From positions 142,857 to 206,856 of the forward strand of contig NMRA01000525.1 of assembly GCA_002633005.1 (NCBI GenBank): a stretch of 64,000 nt of DNA, read 5' to 3'. The notes under the pieces are model-generated. The model ran no database searches. It was not told where the DNA came from and was given only the letters and a program-made list of their open reading frames with translations. Position 1 is the stretch's first letter, and the number at the start of each line of letters is the position of its first letter. This stretch comes from Phoronis australis (taxonomy: Eukaryota; Animalia; Phoronida). The translations under genes were made by a program, and so were the position numbers. This document shows positions 24,701 through 37,216 of this stretch, piece by piece.

Positions 24701-27700
24701 TTGAGATGGTCACTTCACCAAAAGTGAGATGCGTGTTGAAATGAAATGGGTGATGATTTTAATTTATCTTATTGTGTTATGTTGCAACACCATTTTTTTA
24801 TTTGTTTGCTATTCACATAACATGTCAAGTTTGCCATCGTGTGGTACAAGTCCCTGCAATAAGTACTGAGTTGGGTGTTTGGTCTCTCGGTCCAACTATC
24901 TGTCATCAATGTTGCCTATGCTTTGTCTTGTTTTTATCTGTGTAGGTTTTGTAATTGTAAATATGTGCGAATTTTTGTAAACGTTAGTGTGACAGTCTTT
25001 ATATACCGTTGTGCTGTTTATCATTTGCTTTGTTCTTTTGGAATAATACTCTCTGTGAAAATGTTCAATGTGTCTTGTTTAGGAGTACGCTTTTAAAAAA
25101 GTGTTGATTGTGTAAATGTGTCAAGAGTCGGGTTGCAATAGTAAAATCTCTGCAAAGGTCATTTTAATTCTTTCTCAAGTGAATGCAGAGCTACTGCAGT
25201 TTAACCAGCTTCTGTCTACTGACATTCGCAGCCTCTCTGCATTTAGCAAATAATTCATTTTACTAGAATTTATACTTTGTTTCAGGATGAGTACTCAATA
25301 TTTCCACAGTCCTACTCAATGAATGTGGATGGCTTTGTACTTGTGTATTCGGTTAACTCTAGAAAAAGGTACGCAACTTTCAGTCGCTTTGCTATGTGGT
25401 TGCAGAAATGTCCTTGCAACCAAATTCAACCATAGAATTAGAAGTTCAACAAATAATGCAGACACAAGTTGATGGTTATTTGATATTTTGCTCTTCAATT
25501 GGAATGTGACCAATTTTGAAGCTATATTAATGCACTTCTCTGGTTGTCTTGGAGATTTTTCTATGTTAATTTTCTGTTCCTGTGGCATGTACATATTATC
25601 GAAAGGAAGGAATGTGATGTGAGTGGCCTAAAAATGTCCGGTATCTTGTTTCTGCACTCACTTCCATCGACCAAACACAATGTTCATGTACTTTATACCA
25701 AACACAATGTTTATGTACTTTCTAACCTTCTTCCAAACACAATGTTCATGTACTTTCCACTAAACACAGTCTGTCTTAGTCGTTTGTGTTTGCTCAATAG
25801 AAGTGAATACAACCAATATGTGCACCTTTAGTCGGCCCGTTTTCGTCACTTTCCGTTGTTTCGTGGATAGTTAGATACACGCTAAAGCCACAGTTATTAA
25901 CTTGGAAAATGTCTCTTCGACAGCCCGTGATCTGTATTTTTACTAAATGTAACTTCAGAAACAATTGCTTTCCCCCTTTAAACATGAAAAACCTTTCACA
26001 CAACTAGTAGGTACAGATAATTCTTCAATTTGAGCGTGTCTTGAGTAAGAGATACCAGAATTGATTGAACAACTGATAATTATAATTTTGTAATTGGGAT
26101 GTGGGAAAATTTTGCCTTTGCTCAGCTTTGCAAATTCTGGGCGGTTTCCATTGTGCTTCAAAATCCAGAAGCATCCGGTAAAATATCACCAATTTCACAC
26201 AGAAATAATTGCAAAATTGTCTTTTTCATTTTACTAGGGATACTAGCATTGTTGTGAATGCGCACAATACTTCAAGATATATTTTGTTGATAACTATGCT
26301 ACAGAACATAGACATCACAAAGCGTCACTCAGCTACTGAATTTCATTTATGAAAGAAATGAGAAAATAATATTTCAAATATTTCATCTGTCCGCCATATT
26401 GTGTCCCTCCTGAATTGGTGAGATTTTGTCGTAGTTGGACATTCGTAATGGAGAATGCCTCCTGTCCGCTGAACTTTATCCGATGTTGGAACAGTTTTTC
26501 ATTAAAAAGAAAATTTTTACTTGACATCGTGTATCCCTGAAATTTTCAGTATGCAGTATTTGAATGAGGACTGACTAGTGAATTATTGGATTATCGAATA
26601 CCTTGTTTGCAGTATTTGCAGACGTTATGTTGTTTGGTAGAGATATGTAGCCTTACTGTATGAAACTTTGTGTAACGAACTCATTTTTGGAGATTGTCTT
26701 GTCGCATTTCACCAAAACGTTGGTTACCTGCTATTATTTATTACTGTCAACTGTGTTGGTTCTGGTAACAAAACTCTTTTGCCCTCTCATTTCAGTTTTG
26801 AAGTAGTTCAAGTAATACACGAAAAAATCTTAGACAGGACTGGAAAAATACAGTAAGTTGTAGATGAGCATATGGTCTAACAAGTCTACTAAGGATCACA
26901 TCATCTTATTTAGATTGAAATGAAGTCCAGTTGCTGAAATAGGTCACAAAGATGATAACTTAAAATTGGGTGTGACTGTTTTGACCCATACCTCATGGCT
27001 GTAATTCACCAGTGGTATGTGGTGCCCTCTGTCATCATAAGAGAAAACTAAAGAGGTGCTGTGTCTCTGTGACATTAGGCCGGCTTTTGTGGCACTTATC
27101 TCGTGACTGTTATTCACCTAATAAGTGGCACCCTCATTAGTTACTGAAGAAAACTAAGATCCTTTCATGTAGCAACATATTGTTATTAATTAATAAGCAT
27201 TTATTCTGCTTTGGGAGGGAGAGGCACTAATTTCCCATTAAAACTACATGTACTGCTGTCGTTTTGGCTCGTGTTTTTGGGTGGAGCCCCAATATATGAG
27301 GAGTTGGTGTTATTAATTGAACAACACTTGAATTCAGTCTATTTCACTACCTACAGGACCCCTTTTGGATTTCCATTTTGATATTTCTGAACCTTCCAAC
27401 TTAAGCATTAGGTCGTACCAGTGCATGAATGTCATTGAATGGCTCACTGTAGTCTGTAGCTCTGCTTCATGCTGCTTATTTTGCACACATTACCAGTTTT
27501 CTGCAAACGAGACTGCGACACACATTCAGCAGATGGCCTCTTGTTGAAAAGGGTTTTACTCTGTGTTTGGTTGTTCATTTTTGATGCGTGATCTGAGAGC
27601 TTTACACAAACAAGCCCTTGAGGCGCAAAGTGACAAATTTGTGCCAGCATGTATCGGTAGCTGGTACTTAAGTGGGAACTTTCTGAGACAATACGTTCAG

Positions 27701-30700
27701 TCATGCCGTCACGAGAACTGTTTGTTTNCTGTTGAGAAGTGTAAAAACTCAGCTCGCATTCGTTGGAAATTCCAGGTCGCATTTTGCGACTTTATACGAG
27801 CTGACAAAAATCTCAGCTCGCATTTCCAAATTTCAGGTCGCAAATGCGACCTGCAGCTCGTTATGTCGAGCCCTGAGTTTCATTTCCTGTAAAACTGAGG
27901 TAAGATTTAGAGTTCAATCATTCATTTATTTTCCCCTAAACTTGCACGATAGAATTTTTAGAAATTTTCCTGACTTTGTATTTGCCCAGTGGGCGTATAT
28001 TCGTCAGGGCTTATTTGTGGAAAATGTGATGTCCAGGTATTGCTTTTGTCACTTACCCGTTTGTATTGTCAATGCCTGTCCAAATTTATGCAAAGTAATT
28101 GTTTTCGCTGTTTTTCTAGGGTCCCCGTTGTTCTTGTGGGAAATAAAACAGACCTGAGGATGGAAAGGTATAACGAACAAGGCGAGCTTTGCAAGTTAGT
28201 TACTGCAGTTTTCAGTAATTCTACACTAACCCCATCTTGGTCAGCCTACACTGTGCTATGCTTATCTGTGGCTTAGTGCTTCTGAACTGTATAACAATAA
28301 TGACATTATGTGTGCACCACACTTTGTGAATGCTGGACAATGCTTTGACATCGCGTCACAATCCGGCTTATATTATGGGTAACCTTTGAGGTCACACGAC
28401 GCAGCACTGGTTGTTAAATGGGTAATAGTCACATACAGGGGTACCTCATTTTGAAAAACATTTTTCTCCGCTGAATAACAAGCATCAGGCAGAGTCTCAA
28501 AATGTGGGAGTCCTGTAAGAGACTATTGTGCCAGCAAAGTGTTCTGAACACGTTTTTGATGCGTACAATAGCCTTTTCCTGTCTCAGTTTGCTGGGACTA
28601 TTATGATTTACTGGAGGACACTCCTTTCTTTGTTTTCCCCAATTTAGAAAACAGAAATAGTTTCAATGGAGAAACATCACTGAGATAGAGGTGTATCCTA
28701 AATTGCAGTCCTCCATGTATTGGCGTGTCTACTGATAATTCATAAAAAGTGGAAATTCATTGCCATTCAAAAATTCAAAGAATTTGGTTTGTCATAACCG
28801 GTCATTATTGCTTGATATCAGGCCAAAGGATTTGGTTTGTCATAACTGGTCATTATTGCTTGATATCAGGCCAAAGGATTTGGTTTGTCATGACAGGTCA
28901 TTATTGCTTGATATCAGGCCAAAGGGTTTGGTTTGTCATGACGACATTTTACTGGCCAAGCATGATTGTAAGCAAGCCCATCTTCAAACTATGATGTGTA
29001 CAAAAGGTTTTTGACCAAAGTGTAACTACTAGACTTTAAAACTTCAATGCCGATGATAGTAGCGTAATTTTTTTCAAACAATACTCCATGTATTTCTGAT
29101 CTGAAAAGTTCATAGTGTTGAATTTTGTCTTCTCTCATCAGCAGTTTTGTGACCTCAAAAGCAAGCTTTGGCCCCGTCTTTTCGTAAACCTTAAATTTTG
29201 TACTCGCACGAAAATGTTGGTAATTGTAAATGGTCCCAAAGAAAATGGAAAAAATATTTCAACATTTGTGTACCGTGATAATTTGCAAGCACGGAAATCA
29301 CATTTTGCATGTTTATTTGTCTTAACATGGTATATGCAACACTGGAATATTTGCCGTGGTGGAGATTTGCCTATTATTATAAGTCCTTAATATAATTTCA
29401 TGTGCATGTATTAGTAAACCTTCTGATCATTCGTTAGTGACACGTGACCATTTCCAAGCATAATTGCTCAGTATTAAGGACTTGAGCTATTGCAACAACT
29501 GCCGTTTTTACTAAAATTCTTTTTCTTAGGACAATTTCACAACAGGAGGGTAAGAAGTTAGCTGAGCAGTGGAAAGCCTGCTTTTGTGAAGCTTCAGCAA
29601 AGGAAAATCAGGTAATTCTGGATGATGATTGGGTGTTATTACTGTCATTGTTATGAGATGTTAAAAGGACGGTACATTATTACACAGCAACGCTTGAACC
29701 TAGAATTATTTACCCACAATACTGCACCATCTCTCAAGCAGTTCTCTGGCCTTGTTTTCGCGCCACTGAAGTTTCTCGTGTTATTTGTAAGTGATCTTTC
29801 TTTTTTCAAATTTTTCTCGGCAGCATTAAATTCATTCGACCTTACAATGCCAAAGAAGTTTTACTGCTGTGCTGTGGCCTGCGACTCCCAACAACAGAAA
29901 GTTGGACAAGTGTGACAAGTATCCGTGGATGTGATATTTCTGTCACCATATTTAGAATTACCCTGACATTTATTAAACGAGGCCAATGTAACAATATCTC
30001 CAGGACAAAGGAGATTTCTGTCCAAGACCATCCTGTTGCACTATCGTCGTTATCATCATTATTATGCGCCCACATATTTATATGTGGACGCATTATGCCG
30101 TCATCTCTGTCCATCCGTCTGGGCGGCGTCCGTCCGGCGTCCGCTGCTCTATCTCCAAAACCCTTTGACATACATTCATGAAATTTGGCACATATGTTCC
30201 ATTCATGAATGGGACGGCATGTGCGAACTTTCGGATGGATCCGACTACCGGTGTGTCCCCTAGTGGCAATTTTAGTTTTTTACGCTTACCTTTGTATCTT
30301 CAAAAGTCCTGAACGGATTTTCATGAAATTTGGTATGTAGGCACCTAGTAGTGAGATGACGCTATCCTGCCGTTTTCGGATGGATTCGACATAGTTTGCA
30401 CCACCTAGTGGCCATTTTTAGTGTTTTCGAGTCTGTTTTTGTGCGTCCACCCCTCTATCAACCAAACCGCTCAAAGGATGATTGTGAAAATTGGCATGTA
30501 TANAAGTGTAACTACTAGACTTTAAAACTTCAATGCCGATGATAGTAGCGTAATTTTTTTCAAACAATACTCCATATATTTCTGATCTGAAAAGTTCATA
30601 GTGTTGAATTTTGTCTTCTCTCATCAGCAGTTTGTGACCTCAAAAGCAAGCTTTGGCCCCGTCTTTTCGTAAACCTTAAATTTTGTACTCGCACGAAAAT

Positions 30701-31965
30701 GTTGATAATTGTAAATGGTCCTAAAGAAAATGGAAAAAATTATTTCAACATTTGTGTACCGTGATAATTTGCAAGCACGGAAATCACATTTTGCATGTTT
30801 AATTGTCTTAACATGGTATATGCAACACTGGAATATTTGCCGTGGTGGAGATTTGCCTTTTATTATAAATCCTTAATATAATTTCATGTGCATGTATTAG
30901 TAAACCTTCTGATCATTCGTTAGTGACACGTGACCATTTCCAAGCATAATTGCTCAGTATTAAGGACTTGAGCTATTGCAACAACTGCCGTTTTTACTAA
31001 AATTATTTTTCTTAGGACAATTTCACAACAGGAGGGTAAGAAGTTAGCTGAGCAGTGGAAAGCCTGCTTTTGTGAAGCTTCAGCAAAGGAAAATCAGGTA
31101 ATTCTGGTTGATGATTGGGTGTTATTACTGTCATTGTTATGAGATGTTAAAAGGACGATACATTATTACACAGCAACGCTTGAACCTAAAATTATTTACC
31201 CACAATACTGCACCATCTCTCAAGCAGTTCTCTGGCGTTGTTTTCGCGCCACTGAAGTTTTTCGTGTTATTTGTAAGTGATCTTTCTTTTTTCAAATTTT
31301 TCTCGGCAGCATTAAATTTATTCGACCTTACAATGCCAAAAAAGTTTTACTGCTGTGCTGTGGCCTGCGACTCCCAACAACAGAAAGTTGGACAAGTGTG
31401 ACAAGTATCCGGGGATGTGATATTTCTGACACCATATTTAGAATTACCCCGACATTTATTAAACGAGGCCAGTGTAACAATATCCCCAGGACAAAAGAGA
31501 TTTCTGTCCAAGACCATCCTGTTGCACTATCGTCGTTATCATCATCATTGTTATTATTGTTTTTGATAGATAATATCAAAAAATTGAAATCTGGTTTCAT
31601 TATCCCCCCTACTGCAATTGCAACTGCAGCTTAAAACATTTTATTGACAATCTGTCAAAGAAAACTGTTTTTAATAATTATATAAAATATATTTTTACCA
31701 CTGGATCATGTCAATGGAAGAATATGAACAATTTCATTTGAACCTACATTCATTGCAGAGCAGGGGTACATTTTTAATCTGTTTCCAATATGTTGCAGTT
31801 GGACTCCAAAATCTTGCCACATGGTATTGGTTGATTTTCTCTTTTTACTACTAGACGTTCTCGATTCATTTTCAGCTCGTCAAAGAAATCTTTGAGAGTA
31901 TAGTCAATCAGATAGAGGTAGCCGAAGGCAACGTGTCAGAAAAAAGTGGTTGCACGATATCATGA
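15689..31965 (+). CDS. RHEB: GTP-binding protein Rheb (182 aa, 8 exons)
   Basis: Exons 15689-15737, 23849-23920, 24567-24634, 25286-25368, 26796-26852, 28120-28167, 29530-29611 (or identical copy 31016-31097) and 31876-31965 join to 549 nt. Motifs: G1 GFRSVGKS with the Rheb-diagnostic Arg, effector FVDSYDPTIENT, DTAGQDEYS, NKTD, SAK, C-terminal CAAX CTIS. Confidence 0.97.
16009..17474. mobile_element. Non-autonomous Mutator(MULE)-like element in Rheb intron 1
   Basis: TIRs AGGGAGGACAA / TTGTCCTCCCT flanked by a perfect 9-bp direct repeat ACCGTTATT (16000-16008 and 17475-17483). Confidence 0.75.
18093..18165 (-). mobile_element. tRNA-derived SINE head / tRNA pseudogene
   Basis: Minus strand reads GGCCGTGTGGCCTGGTTGATAAG...GGTCGTGGGTTCGAGTCCCACTGGGTCA, with Pol III A and B boxes and an intact T-arm, but poor acceptor and anticodon stems. 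Confidence 0.65.
18770..18952. repeat. 17-bp minisatellite, ~10 copies
   Basis: gattccaatatggcgct variants. Confidence 0.95.
19899..21856. repeat. Diverged tandem duplication of a ~950-bp unit (probably TE-derived)
   Basis: 19899-20831 and 20850-21811 are colinear (cttcatgYagcatacgtcc ... aatcatggacgccctRgaatattggg). Ends in a TIR-like ttttgaaatcctggatgaagccctg, related to 5562-5590. Confidence 0.85.
23261..23372. repeat. 18-bp minisatellite x6
   Basis: ttgtaggggccaaggctt. Confidence 0.95.
23849..23920 (+). CDS. RHEB: Rheb exon 2
   Basis: KSSLTIQFVEGQFVDSYDPTIENT. Confidence 0.96.
23917..24157. repeat. 40-bp tandem repeat x6 containing the Rheb exon 2 donor
   Basis: aaca|gtgagtagttgtaSctgaattgattcatttctgtac repeated at 40-bp intervals. 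Confidence 0.95.
24567..24634 (+). CDS. RHEB: Rheb exon 3
   Basis: FNKTIRMKGGDYQLQLVDTAGQ. Confidence 0.95.
25286..25368 (+). CDS. RHEB: Rheb exon 4
   Basis: DEYSIFPQSYSMNVDGFVLVYSVNSRKS. Confidence 0.95.
26796..26852 (+). CDS. RHEB: Rheb exon 5
   Basis: FEVVQVIHEKILDRTGKIQ. Confidence 0.94.
28120..28167 (+). CDS. RHEB: Rheb exon 6
   Basis: VPVVLVGNKTDLRMER (G4 box). Confidence 0.95.
28777..28940. repeat. 48-bp minisatellite, ~3.4 copies
   Basis: ggatttggtttgtcataactggtcattattgcttgatatcaggccaaa. Confidence 0.9.
29530..29611 (+). CDS. RHEB: Rheb exon 7 (copy A)
   Basis: TISQQEGKKLAEQWKACFCEASAKENQ (G5 box). Confidence 0.88.
30062..30502. mobile_element. Truncated inverted copy of the 8640-9908 HINE-like element
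   Basis: Matches the reverse complement of about 9490-9905; cut off by the N at 30503. Confidence 0.8.
31016..31097 (+). CDS. RHEB: Rheb exon 7 (copy B, identical; probably an allelic/assembly duplicate)
   Basis: Nucleotide-identical exon with intact splice sites, inside a ~1.04-kb duplicated block that begins right after an N. Confidence 0.75.
31876..31965 (+). CDS. RHEB: Rheb exon 8 (last coding exon)
   Basis: LVKEIFESIVNQIEVAEGNVSEKSGCTIS*, ending in a CAAX box. Confidence 0.95.
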   Translation, partial: LVKEIFESIVNQIEVAEGNVSEKSGCTIS

Positions 31966-34302
31966 TTACCTGTGATTGGTTCTCATTTTTGACTTCGCTC
32001 AATGAAGCTGTGGGCGAACGGCGCCGTGCGGAAGTGAGCCGTGGCACACGTGGGGATTTTTTGGGTTGACCATACTTTGCGGAGGAGTAGTGGCGTTGTT
32101 TGGTAGCACTACGAGGCCTTCATATGCGAATCTTTCAAGAATTGTCTCTCATTGTAAATAGACCACTTTGTTGTAGAATGGATTATTTTAAGTCTGTCTT
32201 ATGATACATTAATGGGAAGTCTTTGAGACTGGCATTTGTGATATGTATGTGGTCCGATTGATCATACATAGCAACCGGAGGCGGTCACATTTGTATGGTG
32301 GAAATACTATAAAGCAACGTATGCAAGAACTGGCAAGGGTACTTTACGAGTCATACACAAACAGCGCAAACGTTCAAGGATGCAGCTTCGAAGATTCTTT
32401 GTTGAAAATCATTATATCTCTTTGTCATGGCCTGTATGCCTGAGCAAGTCCATTGTACTGTTATTGAAGAGTTGAAAAGTAATGGTATTTCATCGAATGA
32501 GGTTGGTGTCGTCTGCCACTTTTTAACTGCCATTATTGCGTTGCACTGTTCAGGGCCACATGACCTGTGTAGATAACTGGTGATGTAGTTCAGGCTACAT
32601 TTCCACACCAGAAATGTGTTCAGTATTGCGATGAGTTCGGCAACCAATGGGCCCTAGTTGTCGCTCCAGTTTGTAGTGCTGCTTTGCACCACCAGGTGGC
32701 AGTGGAAGTCATTGGTGGTTGGACCAATCGTAGTGATGAGATCACGTTTGGTGCAGGACTGTACCTTCATATTATATAAGTCTGTATTGACTGTGAATTT
32801 CAAACTACGAGTTCGTGAACTTGCCATATTGAAATGCTAAGCTCTGCCAAAGTAGTCCTAAGTACCGTAGTAAACTTATCGTAGGCAGACTTAATAACTT
32901 TGTGTTTCCGGTCTGCTTTTAAGTTCCAACACATGTCACCTAAATATAGCTTTGATTATATCAGAAAAATGTGAATTTGTAGGCATATTGAGTCAGTTTC
33001 AGCGCCGTTTTGCTCGAGCGGAATGGCCTCTTTGTATTCTATTGTTGTTGAGCGGGACGTTCATCATCACAGCACCAAAATCCCTCTTTGTTGAGGAATT
33101 GTGATCGACCACCCACGATTGTTTTTATTGGTTCAGCAAAACGAGGCCTTTAGACATCGCGTGACTGGTAATATTTACATCTTGTGGTTGGTTTCATTTT
33201 CATTGATTGTGTTGGGGGGTTAGGTTTTTTGTTTGTTAATTGGGTACAGTCCAGGAGAATGGGGCATGTGTTTGATTTCACTTTCAATGATTGTGTGTTT
33301 TGTGTCAATTGGGTATTGTGCGTGAGTGTGCGTGCGTTTGTGCACGTGTGTGTGTCCCAGTAAAAAGCCTACAGTTATGCTGTAGGTGTGAGTGTTGTAG
33401 AAACCAATGTTCATTTTAGAAGTTCTTGTTCTGATCAATTTGGGTCACTGAGCTGTCACTTTCTGTCATTTTATTCATACCTGCATACCTGGAGATATTT
33501 ATTCATCAAATATGTAAGGATTTATGTGTTATCTTAAGATTTGCAGGTTAAGCGGATAATGCTTTTCATAACTGTTGTAAATACATGTTTTGTTTATTTA
33601 TATTCAAGTCAGGCGCTTATGGTATCTTCTCTAGTTTCATTGTGACACTGATTTTTGTTTGCGTGATATTGATATTTTTAATGTTCAAAAGTTATCAGTT
33701 TTAAGTACATGGCTTGGTAAAGGATCCGAAAGCAGAGTAGGCTGTGGTCTTTTGCAAGTTAGTAGGCCAATAGACTCCAACGGTACATTTATCTGAGATG
33801 AGTGATTGCTGTGAAAAACAGTTGAAGTTTGTCTATAATTATTTCCACTTACAAAAGTAAGCAAATCATACTCCCTTTGATCCCCCCTCTCATAACGAGT
33901 GTCAGTAAATTCTCACCAATTTCTGGCAAAATAATTGCCTGGATTGTTCCTTTCATTTTTCAAAAGCTTATGAAAATGTTGTGAATGCCTAAAAATTTCT
34001 CAAATCATTGTCTCCTGGTAGCCTTATTATAGAATTTGAAATAATGGAATGATGTATACAATCCTCCCCTCTGTTAATATTTCACTTGTCAGCCTTATGG
34101 TGTTTTAACTTGGTGAGATTTCACTGGACTTTCAACTGTCAATTTCCTTTCCGGGGGGGTTATTTTTGAGAAGATTGAAACCCATATCCTGGTTCCAACC
34201 AGCATGTGTTTTGTACTCTGTGGATTATTATGGACATCTGCAGCATTTAAATATGCTATGTCTCATTTAAACGTGAATATTTAAAGTCGTAGCAAGCGAC
34301 TC

Positions 34303-34650
34303 TTAGTGACTTCCTGGAGAACTGTATGTACAAGTATAATCAGGAAAAGAAACCATTTGTATTGTAAATTGTGGTTTTAAAGAAAACACCAAAACTGATA
34401 CACTTAAAAACAAGTGTTAACATATAAAACACCCTAGTAATTCCAAACATTATGTAGCTGTTATTTGATGGTAAAATAAGCAAGTAGTAAAACTGTGCCC
34501 TGCTTATTTACATAAAATAGTCTCAAAATTAGACTTTAGCAAGACTGTGTTGGTAATTGGTTCTCGGATGGTTTCCGGCATCTTGGAGGGCCCAGGGTTG
34601 TTCCTAAATCAGTATTTCATTTGCATATTCACAATTAAATGAGACTGCGC
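34303..34650 (+). repeat. Dispersed repeat copy in putative Rheb 3' UTR
   Basis: Inverse homologue of 2875-3215. Confidence 0.8.
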
Positions 34651-35098
34651 GTCTTTAGCATGTGTGTTATTTGTTAATCCTGTTTATTTGCATGATAATT
34701 CTTGGAATATGTTATAAGTGCACTTATAGTTTTAAGAATTTTGTAGGAGGTAGAATGGAGATATTCATTGTCACTGTTATGGCTGTTTTGAGAAGTAATT
34801 TGAATGCTCTTAAAGATGATGCAAGTTGATTTAAGTTCTTAAGTGATGATTGGAGAACAAAATTTCGTTAGGAAGGCAGCTCTAAATGAAACAGGCGGGT
34901 TATGTTGATTAATTACGATTTCATTAAAGAAATTTTTACGTGTGTGCATGTCCGGATGTTAGTAAGAGATATGATTTGGTGTAGCGATTTGCCAGTATCA
35001 GTGTTTTATTATAGTTTTCTTTCCATTTATTAAGGAAAACACTGAGACACTTGTAATGGAACTCTGTAATGGTGGACGTACGGAATTATTGTAAATAT

Positions 35099-35104
35099 AA
35101 TAAA
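35099..35104 (+). terminator. Candidate polyadenylation signal for Rheb (implies ~3.1-kb 3' UTR)
   Basis: AATAAA after a long T/GT-rich UTR-like stretch, followed by a GT-rich downstream element. Confidence 0.4.
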
Positions 35105-37216
35105 CCTATTTGAAGAAGACTCTTTTCAGCTGTTTTAATAGTGGAGTGTGAGTTTGTTTTTCCACAGAGCTTGTTGGTTTCAAACATCGAAAACGCTAGC
35201 CAAAATGCATGCATGTCGCATGCCATCAGTGATACAGTAGAGATTCTACGTTAAAGTTAGGAGTATTGACCGTCGTTTTATGGCAGCACCAGTTGTCGTT
35301 GGTTCGCGTGCGGCGACGAGTCTGCTGTGCAAATATCTCCCGTCGACCAAGATAATTGTGTGAACTTAAAGATACATTTCCACTTTTCCGTTTGAAAAAA
35401 AATCATAAAGAACTTGACTGCTAACCAATCCAGTACTTACTCCTAAACCATCACCTTTCAACACCTAATCAAATGCTTTCATCATAATGAGAATTTTTAA
35501 AGGTTTTTTTTTTAATTTTATTGTGCTGCACCAGTAAAATGGTTGCCACAGCTGAACTACATTGGCTTTCATTTTTATTTAATTGCTAGTAAAGACCCAA
35601 ATATATGCTGTGCCGTAATTTGCGAACTGTTCTTATTTTAATGACGTCTCTCGAACCTGGTGAAAGAAATGGTAAGGTTCTCTAACGATCATTAAATTTG
35701 CGCTAAAACGCGAGATATTTGCAGGAAACGGTCTCCACAATGAGCGTGATGCGTGAGGATCCTTGCTGCGTCATAGGCAGATTTATAAGTGCCTCCCAGT
35801 CGAAATCAGGGCTCTTCATTCAACGACCATAACTTCAAGCGCCGGACTTATTCCTTGTGAATGTATAACGTTTTAGTCGGGATCGGATGTCGCGAAAGTG
35901 CGTTGCCGGCGTGTGCGACTGCAGTGGGTGCGTCTTGGAACGGCTGAATATTGTTATGGAAGTCGTTAAACTGTGACTGGATTTTTAGATTAGCTCATTG
36001 CCTACCTCATGAGAGGAAAAATAAAACTGAGAGATAGAATTGTTATTATTATTACTATTGATATTAGTTTAACAAGTGCAAATCCCTGCAGTAAATATTC
36101 ACATTTGAAATGTCCAAAAAATAAACGTAAGAAATTTGATATGCGCTTAATTCCACTTCGTTTAATATTTTGAAAATGTTCCTGAAAAAAAACAGTAACG
36201 AAACCCAGTGAAGACGGGATTTTTATCCAAAAGCTCGAGGTTTTGGGCCTGTTCAGTTTGAAACACACTTAGGGCGGCGCAATATAGGGGCTGGGGGCTA
36301 AGAGGCCAATACAGTTGTTCGCGTGGAGTTTGGAATAGGTCGTGAAAGCAGACGTGTTCTCACGTGAGTCAGTCGTGATAAGTACCTCTGGAGCAGTCTT
36401 GTTAATCGGCCATCTTTTTAACTTAGTTGACTGCGACATTGAGAGCTATTAGGCCACGTATTCCTGGAGCTCTGATTTAGACGCCACATAAATGAACTTT
36501 CAAATTAATTCAGTACATGTCGGATTAAGGTTTCTCTCGCCTCCTAGTTACCTCACCCCTCATTTTCACCCTCCCCCTCCCTCCCCCGCAGTAAAGAATG
36601 TATTTTTATAAAAACGAAAGCATGTGAAAGTTAATTTTTTTGGTCTGACATCGATTTTGTCACGTGATCATGTGTTTTTAGGAGATTTTTTCAAAAAGCT
36701 GCATAGCATAGCAGTAACATGGCAACATTATTTTGCTGGAAATCACAAAACTCAATGTAGCACTTCACCATGCAGAGTGAAACTTATTACAAACTCTACG
36801 GCAGCGACTCCTAATCTCTGGAAAGTTTCATTGGAATCCGATAATCAAATTCTGTTCCATAATCAGATAACATTTGTCTAGGGTTACTCAGAACCTAGTA
36901 AACGCTTAATTTCCAAGTCGTGCACACAATCCCACGAACTGTGACAAGCCATACAAGGCGTATACTGGCGGATATCCTCATAGTGGTGCCTAGTGCTACG
37001 TTCACATGACACCAGATCGAAACTTGTGGTTTGTCTCACTTCCCCCATTATAGTAGCACGTGGCTGGTCAGACATTTAGCATTTGTGTACGCTAGTGTTT
37101 TATTACGTAGTTACTTGTAAGGTGGCTTATACGGGATGCCTTTGAGAATCGCTCTTACGGTATGTCTACGTCTTTTAAAACCACCTTATGAAACCTTCAC
37201 ATCTGAACGCGGAATA

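Larger units (their letters stand above)
29018..31545. repeat. Near-identical ~1.04-kb direct duplication (29018-30060 / 30504-31545) across an N gap
   Basis: Offset 1486 bp, scattered SNP-like differences, second copy starts immediately after the N at 30503. Confidence 0.95.

Noticed and set aside
27550-27990. Repeat-like segment around the N at 27728
   Set aside because: Looks like a DNA-element fragment (repeated ctcgcatt/aatgcgac motifs), but the ends could not be defined and the gap prevents interpretation.
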